Below, in pieces: positions 26,320 through 36,800 of a stretch of 64,000 nucleotides of DNA; within the stretch, counting starts at the first letter, position 1, and each line of letters starts with the position of its first letter. Below the pieces are notes generated by a model. That model was not told where the DNA came from, ran no database searches, and saw only the letters and a program-made list of their open reading frames with translations. The translations under genes were made by a program, and so were the position numbers. This DNA comes from Phaeosaccion multiseriatum (lineage: Eukaryota; Protista; Ochrophyta, other classes), in contig OZ218959.1 in the NCBI GenBank assembly GCA_965112735.1, positions 3,162,001 through 3,226,000 of the forward strand, written 5' to 3'.

Positions 26320-27130
26320 TCATGGCCGAGGTCGAGATGCGGCTCCGTGCTTCAAGGCCTCGCCCACCACGCCATACAAAGCGGGACTGTGGGACTGCAG
26401 GGGCGGCTCCAAGCGCCTGTCGTTCTCGCACCTCAGCGGCGCGAGGGTTGAAGGCACAATAGGCTGTTGTGGCGGCGGCAGCGGCGGCAGCAGGCAGTCG
26501 ATGCTCGTCGGCGGCGGCAGCGGCGACAGCGGCGGCACCAGGCAGTCGATTCTCGTCAACCACAATCGCACTCTTCCCTTCCATGCAAAGAGGGGCCCAA
26601 CTGTCCTCAAGGAGTCGTCGAGCTCCTGCCTTGTGAAGCAGAGTGAGGTCATGGCCCACTGGTGGATAAAGGGGCAGTCCTTTCTGGTGCAGGGCTGGTG
26701 GCCAGGGTAGAGCGAGGTACAGTACTTGCTCGCTCCTGAGGTGGCCTTCCAGGCACATTGTCCCGCCCGGTGCAGCAGTTCCACCTCTTGAATGCTGCGA
26801 TAAAAGGAAGGAGAAGAGGAAGCGAGCCACATCATACACACCCTTTAGGCGTTCAGGACATCAGAGATACGACAGCACGCTGATACACAATCTCTTCCCC
26901 CTTTGACGCACCAATGAAATGCCTCCGCTTCGCTGCTGTACGTGATGTACGCCTTACAGGGACACCTGCCAAGCACGCCCTCTTGGCGCTCAATGAGAAG
27001 CTTGGTGACGGTTCCCCACCGTGTGAAGAACGCCCTGAGCGTCTCTTCGTTTGCCATGTGGGGGGGGATGCCGTTGACGAGCGTTGACGAGCACCAGATT
27101 GGGGACCCAGGACGCGATCCCTGGGGGGCC
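26320..27130 (-). pseudogene. Divergent NOT4/CNOT4-like RRM + CCCH zinc-finger gene, frameshifted
   Basis: Removing a 10-bp tandem duplication (gttgacgagc x2, 27073-27092) and one intron gives NLVLVNGIPPHMANEETLRAFFTRWGTVTKLLI..KAYITYSSEAEAFH/CIQEV..WKATSGASKYC..PCTRKDCPFIHQ..CFTRQEL. This is colinear with the CNOT4 pattern NLVFVVGL..YFGKFGKI..AYVTY..AIQCV..LKASLGTTKYC..C...DC.YLHE..FTKEE. No RING domain seen. Confidence 0.7.
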
Positions 27131-27438
27131 ACCCCTCTTGCCAAGGAGATGGCATCCAGCTGTAGAACAGAAGCGGGGGGGGGCAGGGGGGAGGAGAGAA
27201 ATAAGGGGAGGGGAGGGCAGGGACCAGGTGAGCGAAAGGACGGAGGCCTGACCGCTGGGTGGAAGGGCCCGCGGGTTGAGATCTGAATTGCGCGGCCTGT
27301 GCGATCTCGATTGGCGAATGCTCTCCTCCATATCATGACAGCTTTCTCGCAACAAACCTTAATGCCAAGATCCTTGGTTCTGGGTTGATTTTGGCAAGCC
27401 CAACCACTCCCTTCGGAATTTCCTCGTTCGGGTTGTTG

Positions 27439-27975
27439 CTGAGGGGCGCATTGCCCTCCATCGTTGCCTGTCACAACAGGCGAGAGATGAGCTGCTGATC
27501 GCCCCCTGCTGTTCCCTTGGCCCCAACTCTCCCCCGTCTCTCGCTGCTCGCTCTTTGTTTCTGATCGCGTCCGCAAGCCGCAAGCCTTTCTCCCACCCTT
27601 GGAGAGCGTGAGAGCACGCCGCCACGACGCCATTTTCTCTTCTATAATAACCGCCATCGTCTCTTTGTGTCTCTTCCGTACCCCCCCTCCCAAGGAGCTG
27701 CCTGTGGCTCACAACTCGTGCTGCAGCGGCTCACAACACGTGCTGCAGTGAAAATTTGGCGGTTGAGATCACAGCTGGCAAATCTCCGTATTCCACCACG
27801 CGAGCTTCAACACCCAACCAACCATAGATGGCACTTAAGGGCCACCCAAGGCCCAAGGTGACCCTTGTGGGATCCTTGTGGATATCCCCTTGGCCCCAAC
27901 TCTCCCCCGTGTTTCTGATCTCGTCCTCAAGCCGCAAGCCTTTCTCCCACCGCCACGACGCCATTTCTGTTCTAT
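27439..27975 (+). repeat. Dispersed ~500-bp element 'R', copy 2
   Basis: Direct repeat of 23918-24415 with a small insertion near 27840-27880. Confidence 0.9.
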
Positions 27976-29886
27976 TCAAGCGGAAGGGAGGTGGAGAACT
28001 TGGATGAGTCCGATTTGGTGTCGGAGATGCTGGCGCGGGAGGGGGAGATTGTAACAGTGGGGAGTGTGGGAACATGGGGGCCATGTTCTGGAGTCAAAGG
28101 GGCACGGGCAGGTAAGAACTCGGGGTTGGGGATGTAGGTAGGGAAGCGTAGGGGGGCGGGGGCGAGTCGGAGAGACGAGTCGAGGGACTGGAAATCCAGT
28201 TGAGTTGGAGTGTGCGCGAAACCGCCAGGGGGGCGGTACTGCCTCTCTCACTTTCGATTTGCAAGTACCCCCTTTTCCTAACCAGTATTATATTATACGC
28301 ACATTATACTCCTCTTGGGCTCTGGACACTTGCTGCCGCCGACTCCGACCCGCAGATTCCCGGACTCAGGTATCGATGGAAGCGCCCCATACCGACGAGT
28401 GACTGTGAGCAGAGCCACCCCGGATGCTCAAGCGGAGCCAAGCTCGCACGCACACACGCACACACGCACGCACACGCGGCCCTTGGCGCATCGCAAGCCA
28501 CACAGCATCGGCAGCGGGATCGGAGTCGGACAGCGCCGCCGCTGACGGTGTCTTTACATGAAACAATGCGGACCACATTGTTGCTTGGACAGAAGTGAAG
28601 CAGGCCGAGCGAGCGAGGTTCAGGGCAGAGCAGCGCAGAGCTCTGACAACGTCACTCCTGTGAACGCGTGTCGTCTTACAAGGACACGAAGCCCTTCCTC
28701 ATCGAAGAGTGTTGAACGAGGGGTGAGAGCAGGGAAAGCATCAATAGAAATACGCGTGTAAAGAGTCATCCCAAGAGGGAAGGGGCTGGGGGTGCTTGCT
28801 TGCTTCCACCGTAATAGCCTCTCCCAAGCCCCTTGTACACAGGAGGCGTCTCCTGCCGTGCCCGCTGCGACTACCTCCGCTCCTCCTCCTCCGTGCGTCG
28901 TCGTCGTCGTCGTCGCCAGCTGGGGGCTCTTGAGAGGCAAACGCAGGTCATCTCCAACAGTGGCGGAGGTTTCTGCGCAACATCTTGCCATAGACTGCCT
29001 TCCAGGTGTCCTTCGCGCGCTTGCTCAGGAAGAGCTGTCTGTCTGCCTTCGCTGCTGCACAGCTCCTGAAGACTTGCGACGGCCACGGGGGCGTCGTCTG
29101 CATCACTCTCCTCACGCTCACGATTGGTCCTCACGCCGCCTTCATCGTCCTCGTCCTTGTCGTCGTCGTCGTCGTCGTCGTCGGATCTCGAAACCGACAC
29201 AGCAGCCTCCCTCAGCCCCCCAGGAGGGCATCGAGGTACAGCGGCAGCGACTCCATCACCAGGGAGTACGCGGAGAAGGAGAAGAGGAGAGACACGCACG
29301 CACGCACGCACGCACACACGCACGCACGCACACACGCACGCACACACCCATCGTTATCCCCATCTCCCTGCTTTACGTCTTGTATGGTGGCACTGCAGCC
29401 CCCCGCCTCTGATGATGTGTCATGGTATAATCGAGATACATGTATACTTTATTTCGTTGATGAAAAGATCAATCAACCCTTCGCTACACACTTTACTTCA
29501 GCGGCAAGGAGTGGGGTGGGAGTAAATAAACGTGTACTTGGCCCCCATCTCACAGGATCACAACCCTTTGCCATTACCCCTTTCGCCCAACCCCCCCCAT
29601 CCCCAATACAAGACACAAACCAATCCTTGTGTCTTCATCCTCACTCCCTCTTGAACGACTCTTCCCTCTGCGTGTGTGGACAGTACAGTACGCACACACC
29701 GAACTCTCCTCTCTGCTGTGTGTACAGAAGTACACAAAAAGGCTATTGGAAGCGCTGGAAGTAGAGAAGGGCGCGAGAGGGGAGAGGGGAGAGGGGAGAG
29801 GGAAGAGTGGGTCGAGATCAGGGCGGGCAGCAGAGAGCAACTCACAGGGGCTTTTGTGTGTGCTTACAAAAAAAAGCACACAGAGG

Positions 29887-30907
29887 GGGGATTGGCTATC
29901 AGCCGGGCATAGCTACAGGCTTCTCTGAGTACCTAAAAGCCTAAAGGGTCCTTGCTGTGCCTCTGTTTCTCGCTTGTTCTTTCTCTTTCTTCGTATCGCA
30001 GCATCCAAGGCGTGGCTCAGCAGCACCAGGCGGGGGTCTGTCGCTTAAAGGCGACCACAGGAGCGAGCAAGCTCTGCGACTCAGTCGAACATGACAAGCC
30101 CTGCCACAACGCGTCGTGTCCTTTTCTCCATCAACGGACCACACCGTTACTCTGCCACACAAAGGCCGAGATGGACATGGCCTTAAGGAGGGATGGCCCC
30201 CTCTTTGCATGGAAGGGTCTACTGACGACACCGTGGCTTCTCTTTGTTGCATGGGACCTAAGAATGGAAATGTCGACCCCGGCGCAACTCCAACAGTGGC
30301 GCCGGGGTCGACATTTCCATTCTAAGGTCCCATGCAACAAAGAGAAGCAACGGTGTCGTCAGTAGACCCTTCCATGCAAAGAGGGGGCCATCCCTCCTTA
30401 AGGTCATGTCCATCTCCGCCTTTTGGGTTGTGTAGCAGAGGAATGGTGTGGTCCGTTGATGGAGAAAAGGACACGACGCGTTGTGGCAGGGCTTGTCATG
30501 TTCGACTGAGTCGCAGAGCTTGCTCGCTCCTGTGGTCGCCTTAAAGTGACAGACCCCCGCCTGGTGCTGCTGAGCCACGCCTTGTCGACCCCTGATACAC
30601 TATCGCCCACATTCTCGATAGCGCGCTATCGGGCCCCGGCGATAGCGGATAGCGTGCCGGCTGGCGCCGGCCGATAGCGGATAGCGCGCCGGCTGGCGGA
30701 TAGCACGCCCCAATACCCCCCCCCCCCCCAAAGCCGGCTGGCGCCGGCGATAGCGGATAGCGGATAGTGTATCAGGGGTCGAGCCTTGGATGCTGCGATA
30801 CGAAGAAAGAGAAGGAACAAGCGAGAAACAGAGGAACAACAAGGACCCTTTAGGCTTTTAGGTACTCAGAGAAGCCTGAAGCTATGCCCGGCTGATAGCC
30901 AATCCCC
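29887..30907. repeat. Long fold-back palindrome (~400-bp arms, 13-nt loop at 30286-30298) made from a NOT4-like intron end plus zinc-finger exon
   Basis: 29887-30285 is the reverse complement of 30299-30584 joined to 30789-30907, with scattered mismatches and one ~6-nt indel. Both arms translate to IQGVAQQHQAGVC..KATTGASKLC..PCHNASCPFLHQ..GPLFAWKG. Confidence 0.95.
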
Positions 30908-31100
30908 AATCTCCTCTCTCTCTCTGCCTGATACCCAATCCCCCCTCGCCTCTCTCTCCCCTCTCCCCCGCTTACACTCACCAGAAGAACGCCTCTTCTT
31001 GCCCAATGACCTCCCCAACGCTCTCGTGGAAGGCGGAGATGATAATATCGGAGTCAGCGTCATGGAGCGGCCCCAGCAGACGGGAGCCGCGCACCTGGTT
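30258..31100 (-). pseudogene. Second NOT4-like paralogue (degenerate RRM exon plus ZnF exon), disrupted by the 198-bp TIR element
   Basis: The exon at ~31097-30982 ends ..QEEAFF TG|gtgag and the acceptor tatcgcag|C ATC CAA is at ~30793. Intron position and phase match the 26.9-kb paralogue (EAFH TG|gt..atcgcag|C ATT CAA). The ZnF exon is the right arm of the palindrome. Confidence 0.6.
30585..30782. mobile_element. 198-bp non-autonomous TIR element (MITE) with 20-bp perfect TIRs and 6-bp TSD GCCTTG
   Basis: TIR TCGACCCCTGATACACTATC (30585-30604) and GATAGTGTATCAGGGGTCGA (30763-30782). GCCTTG lies on both sides (30579-30584, 30783-30788). The opposite palindrome arm preserves the empty site with a single copy. 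Many internal GATAGCG repeats. Confidence 0.92.
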
Positions 31101-31604
31101 AAGCAGCAATTGAGGGGTGGTTGAGGAGCAGCAGTTGAGGAGCACAGCTGAAGGTTTAATGAAGACCGCACCTGGGAGTATCATTGCCACGCTCCTCTGC
31201 CGATGCTGCTGATGCTTCAGAATCTGGTTCGTATGCTGCTGCACTCTTGCTGCCGCTCCTTCTGCTATTACTGAGCGTGCCACCCTCCAAACCCTCACCA
31301 CTTTTTTTCAGGAATGTGGCTTCCAAAAACGACTTTCCCCCCCCACCCAAGCCGGCTCAGTCCAGAGCGGGGGATTTCTCGTGGCTACACGGTGCTACTA
31401 GTAGTAATGGATGCGTAGGCTCTTTTCCCCGGTCCCCCTCCCCTCCCGTGGCTTGTGATTTTAACCTTTACTTGACGAGTGTGGTCGTGTTGTTGAACAA
31501 AAGGCCAATTCCTTCCATTGACTTACTACTACTTCCGCGTCGTTCCCATCCTCTTCCCCCCTTCTCTACTTAAGAGATCACCCTCCGCATAATACAGGTC
31601 GACG

Positions 31605-33811
31605 ATGGACGCGCAGATATTGGCTTTGGTGGAGGCTGGATTCGATGCTGACGCAGCGAAGGCCGCACTCACGTCAACAGGTGTGTTTCTCCTTTATAAA
31701 GGGGAGAACGAACAACGCAGGGCTTTCTCTCTCACGCGTGTCCTCACGCTCCCCACTATGCCACAGGAGGCAACGTCGAGGCAGCAGGAAACATCTTGCT
31801 GCGGACAGGTGGACAGGCTCCAGCGCTGCCAGCAGCCACGGGAGGCCCGGCGCTGCGACTCAATGCAGGTGAGGAGCTCTGGGGGTTCCAAACTGCGCCA
31901 CCGGCGATGATGAGGATGCCTTTCCGATGCACCCCCCCTCCCCCCCGTCTCAACCCAACCCAAGCTCCTCTACATGTCAGTTGTTTCGTGCCCCCCCCCC
32001 CTCCCTTCTCTGGGTCCCTCTCTGACTCACTCACTCACTCAATTACTCACTCCCTCACTCAACGCAGCCTCCACGGCTCAAGCCGCTGCCAATGTGGCGG
32101 CGGCCGCGCTGGCTCCTCCCGCGCCCCCCACTGAGCAGCAGGAAGGTGTAGGAGGGGGTGGGGGCGTAGGAGGCGTTGATCCTCTGAAGCTCAGCAAGCC
32201 GCGAGAGGAGAGGGAGAGGGTGCTGGAGAAGCTGGCACAGGAGAGGCAGAAGGAGGCCGCCAAAGAGAGAGTGAGGTAGGTGCGGGTAAAGCTTTGTGCT
32301 TAGGCACTGTCCTCCCTTCTCATTACGCTCATTTGAGGGGCAGAAGGATGTGGTGTAACTTACTTGTCCCCCAACTAGAAATTGCTCCCCCCCCTCATCT
32401 CTCCCCTCTCTTCCCTGTTGTTCGTTTGACCTCTTGTACCTTTACTCGGCTCATGCGCTCCGTCCGTTGCTTCCATCCGTCCGTCCTCCCGCCCTCTCTT
32501 CCCTGTCTTCCTTCCGTCCTTCCGTCCTTCCTTCCCTTTCTTCCGTTCCTTCCTCCCTTGCCGCCTCATTCTTCATGCAGGAGACGCAAGGAAAAGGCAG
32601 ACCGTGCGGCAGAGCTCGCCCGGTGGAAGAACAGCAGAGAGGATGCCAAGATAAGAGGCAAAGGGGTTAAGCCGGCACAGCGGGAGGAGCACGAAGGGGG
32701 AGCGGCTGCTGGTGCATCTAGCACGCGAAAGGATACAAAGGCACCGAGCGCACCGGCTTCGACATGCAAAGTCCAGGTGCGGAACAAGTCTGTCTTGTCC
32801 TTCACTTCCTCCCACCCTTGCTCCACCCCCCTTCCCTCGCCCCTGCACCCGCTCTTGTTCGCGACAAATGGCCCATCTTTCTACTCTACTCTTCAAGTCA
32901 CCTCGGCATCAATTTCCCTCGCCTGTCCCATCTCCAACGTCCGTCCCGTGTCTTGTTGCGGTGTAGCCCGCCCTTTGACTACCATCCATCCATCCATCCA
33001 TACATACATACATACATACATACATACATACGTACGTACGTACATACATACATACATGCATACATACATACATACATCGCCGACAAACGCAAATTTACGC
33101 TCCCCCCTCGACCTTTTCATTAAAGTCTTTCCATCCCCCCCCCCCCCATACACTGCCATCTACCGTACCCCCACCCACCCCTTCCTCTCAAGGTGCGGCT
33201 GCACACAGGGGCCACAGTGGTGCAGGAGCATGACCCCACCGCCCCCCTGACTGCTGTGCTTGACGTTCTGAGGAAGGACAAGCCGGAGGTGGCCAAGGCT
33301 CTTGAGGATTGTGTCAGCCCCGGTCTGCGCTGCCCCTATCCGATGCCTGGCAAGGTGAGGGGAGAGGGGAGAGGGGAGAGGGGAGGCGGGGAGGCGGGGG
33401 GAGGGGCGAGGGGAAGTGGACAGAGGAGGGAGGGGGAGTGAAGGGAGGAGGACTCTCTTACGTCGAGAGTAAGGAGGCAGTCCTCTCTAATTTTTTTTTA
33501 TTGAACTTACTGACATTGCCTTACTGCTATTGACTAACTGTCATTGACTTCCTGTCATTAACTTACTGTCATTACCTTACTGTCATTGACTTACTGTCGT
33601 TGACTCGCTGGTGACAGGTGTACGCTGGAGAGGCCCTGTCCACGACGCTACTTGCGGCAGGGCTCTCCCCCCGGGGTCAGCTCACGCTGCAACTCGGCAA
33701 CGAGCAGGCGAGGGCCGATAGCGCCGCTGCCAAGGCCACTGACACGGCCTCTGCCGCTGCGGCCAGTCGCAAGAAGGCCATGCTTGCAGCTGAGGCGACT
33801 GCTGCGGGGGG

Positions 33812-33862
<51 letters not shown>

Positions 33863-36800
33863 CGACGATGATGATATGGGGGGGGGTATGGACGAGGGGG
33901 AGGGAGACCAGTTTGGTGCTGGGGTGGGTATGGGAGGTGGCGAGGAGGAGAACGAGGAGGAGGAGGAGGAGGAGGAGGAGGAGGATGAAGACATGGATGG
34001 TATGTTGGAAGGCATGATCCCTGGAGGCTTCGGTGGGGGCATGGGGGGCGGGGGTGGCAGGGGGCGCGGCTTTGGGGGCGGGAGAGGAATGGGACCACCG
34101 GGCATGATGGGACTGGGGAGAGGCACAGGTAGGGGGAGGGGCAGGGGAGGGGGCGGGCGGGGATTGCCCTTTGGTGGACGAGGCAATTCGCTCGGCGGAG
34201 GGAGTGGTGGTGGCCCCGGGGGGGGAGGTGCCCCGGGGGGTGGTGCTGGTGCTGTCCCGGGGGGGGGTGGGCCTCCGCTGAGTGCGGCGCAACAAGCTCG
34301 GGCTATGCGTCTCAAGCATTACGGAGGGTCTCCGGGACGGGGTGGAGGGGGGGGAGGAGGAGCAGGAGGCGGGGGTGGTGAGTCGGCGGATGATCTGTTT
34401 GACAAGCTCAGGGCAGCGGGAGGAGGAGGAGGAGGAGGAGGCAAGGGGGGGGGGGTGATGCACACACACAGCCCGCCTTCCCTGCAGGAGACGCTCATCG
34501 ACAAGGTCTGTAACATGATCACTGAGGACCACGTCGCCTGCAGGTGAGGAGGGGAGGGGGAGGGAGAGAGGGAGGGAAGGGGCAGAGGGTTGGAAGGTGC
34601 AGAGGGTTGGAGAAGGAGACAGGGAGTGGGTGGCGGGGGGGGTAGAGACGGAGGGAGAGTTGGTGTTGGTTCAGTGTTGTGGTGCAGTATCTCTCCCTCT
34701 ACCTGTCTCTCCTATTATGGCATGAGCGCCCCTCCGGCACTTTGCTCACCTTCCCCCCCCCCCCCCTTCGATGGCACTGGATGACTCCACTATGCTCTCT
34801 CTGTCTCTCTCTCTCTCGTATACCCTTTCTCTCCTCTCTCTTGCTCTGCCTCTTGCTCTCCCTGTCTGTCTCCCTCTCGTATGACCTCGTTTTCTCTCCT
34901 CGCTCTCTCTATTGCACCTCTCTCTTATGGCACTGGGTGGCACTGGATGGCCCCATAAGAATGAGCTTCGGCTGCTTGGACGGTGTGACGGGTCAGCAGG
35001 TGCTGCAGCGGCTTGCCAACAGACACCTCCTCACGCCCCTCATCCTCAAGGCCTTCCGAGGCTGCCCCATCACGGGTGAGGAGGGACTGAAGAAGTCAGT
35101 TGACGAGTGACTCAGGGACAGAGGGACTGAGAGGACTGAGAGGACCGAGGGATAGAACGGAAGAAGGCGAGGAGGGGGGAGGGGATGGGAATAGGAACAG
35201 CTGCGCGCGATGCGATTGCACATCCCTTGCTTTGGCCTGGCCTCTCACTTCCTCTTTTGCTACACACATGCATGCACGTATTTGCCATTTGTGATGTTTG
35301 TCAGAGCTCCAACTCCTCCCCGGCCCGAGCATGACCAACGGACTGCTTGAGGAGCTCGCCAGGAAGTCCAGCCTCATGGAGCTCAGGTCAGTGAGTCAGC
35401 AGGTTATGGGGTGTGGGAGATGGGGTATATGGGGTATAGGGTGTAGGGTATATGGGGCATGGGACAATGGTGCCGCTGTATCACGAACTGCTGTGTCACA
35501 AACTACTCCTGCTGTATCACCAACAGGATGCCGCGGTGCGACGCCGTGACGGCGGAGGGGGCATTGCACTTGGGAGAGCTAAGGGCGCTGCAGCTGCTCG
35601 ATGTGTCCGCCTGCAAGGTGAGGGGGAGGATGGCAGTGGATGGTGGAGGAGGGCGGGTAGCGATGGCAGTGGATGGATTCAGTGGATGGCGGGGGTGACA
35701 GTGGATGGGTTAGGGGGGGGTGGGTGGGGGATGGCAGTGGATGGCAGTGGATGGCAGTGGATGGCAGTGGATGGCAGTGGGGATGGGAGTGAATGGCGGT
35801 GGATGGCAGTAGATGGCAGTGGATGGCGATGGACCTCGGTGTGGACTGGTCCTCTTGGGAGGGGAAGGGAGGTGGGCCTTTCCTCCCCTCGACCATGGAT
35901 CTGATCTGCCTACCCTTCTTGATGTGATGTGCCCGTCTCCTCCCTCCCTCCCTCCCTCCCTTCCTCCCTCCCTCCCTCCCTCCCTCCCTCCCTCCCTCCC
36001 TCCCTCCCTCCCTCCCTCCCTCCCTCCCTCCCTCCCTCCCTCCCTCCCTCCCTCCCTCCCTCCCTCCCTCCCTCCCTCCCTCCCTCCCTCCCTCCCTCCC
36101 TCCCTCCCTCCCTCCCTCCCTCCCTCCCTCCCTCCCTCCCTCCCTCCCTCCCTCCCTCCCTCCCTCCCTCTTTCCCTTGTTCAACACCAGGTGAACGAGC
36201 ACTGGCTGAAGGTGGTGTCTGGCCTGCCCTCCCTACGCACTCTGCTTGTGCGCGAGTGCGGTCTAAGAGACATTGCGCTAATGCGTCTGAGTCGCTCCTC
36301 ATCACTCACGGAGCTCGACCTCTCCGGCTGTGAGCAGCTCACAGATGCAGGTGAGGAACCAACTTACCCACCATATCGCCAATACGCGAGCTGCTCCTCA
36401 GAGTCCTGACCCGAGCCCCACACACTCTCTTAGGGGCGTGTATGTTGTATGGGCGCTTGGGAGGAGCTCTTTGATATATTGCGGTTCTCGGCAGTGATTG
36501 GGGCCAACAGAGGAATACTCAAACTGATTCTCACTCCATACCCACTCACTCACTCACTCACGCACGCACTCACGCACTCACTCTCTCACTCACTCACTCA
36601 CTCACTCACTCACTCACGCACTCACGCACTCACTCTCTCACTCACTCACTCACTCACTCACTCACTCACTCACTCACTCACTCACTCACTCATTTACTCA
36701 CTCCCCACGCCCCCCCCACCCCACGTTCAGGGCTGACCTTCCTAAGCAAGACCCCCTCTCTGCGGAGCTTGACGCTGAAGGGCCTACCCCTCCTCACGGA

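Noticed and set aside
28590-29300. Possible minus-strand coding remnant (acidic tract and short ORFs)
   Set aside because: No consistent frame or recognisable domain, so I cannot support a gene call.
30585-30782. Reading the MITE as piggyBac-like CCCC termini with a TCGA target duplication
   Set aside because: The empty site in the opposite arm has no TCGA, and GCCTTG is the duplicated sequence.
22260-31400. Endogenous giant virus or Polinton insertion
   Set aside because: No capsid, polB, packaging ATPase or integrase ORF and no long terminal repeats were seen; the ankyrin family involved is also common in algal genomes.
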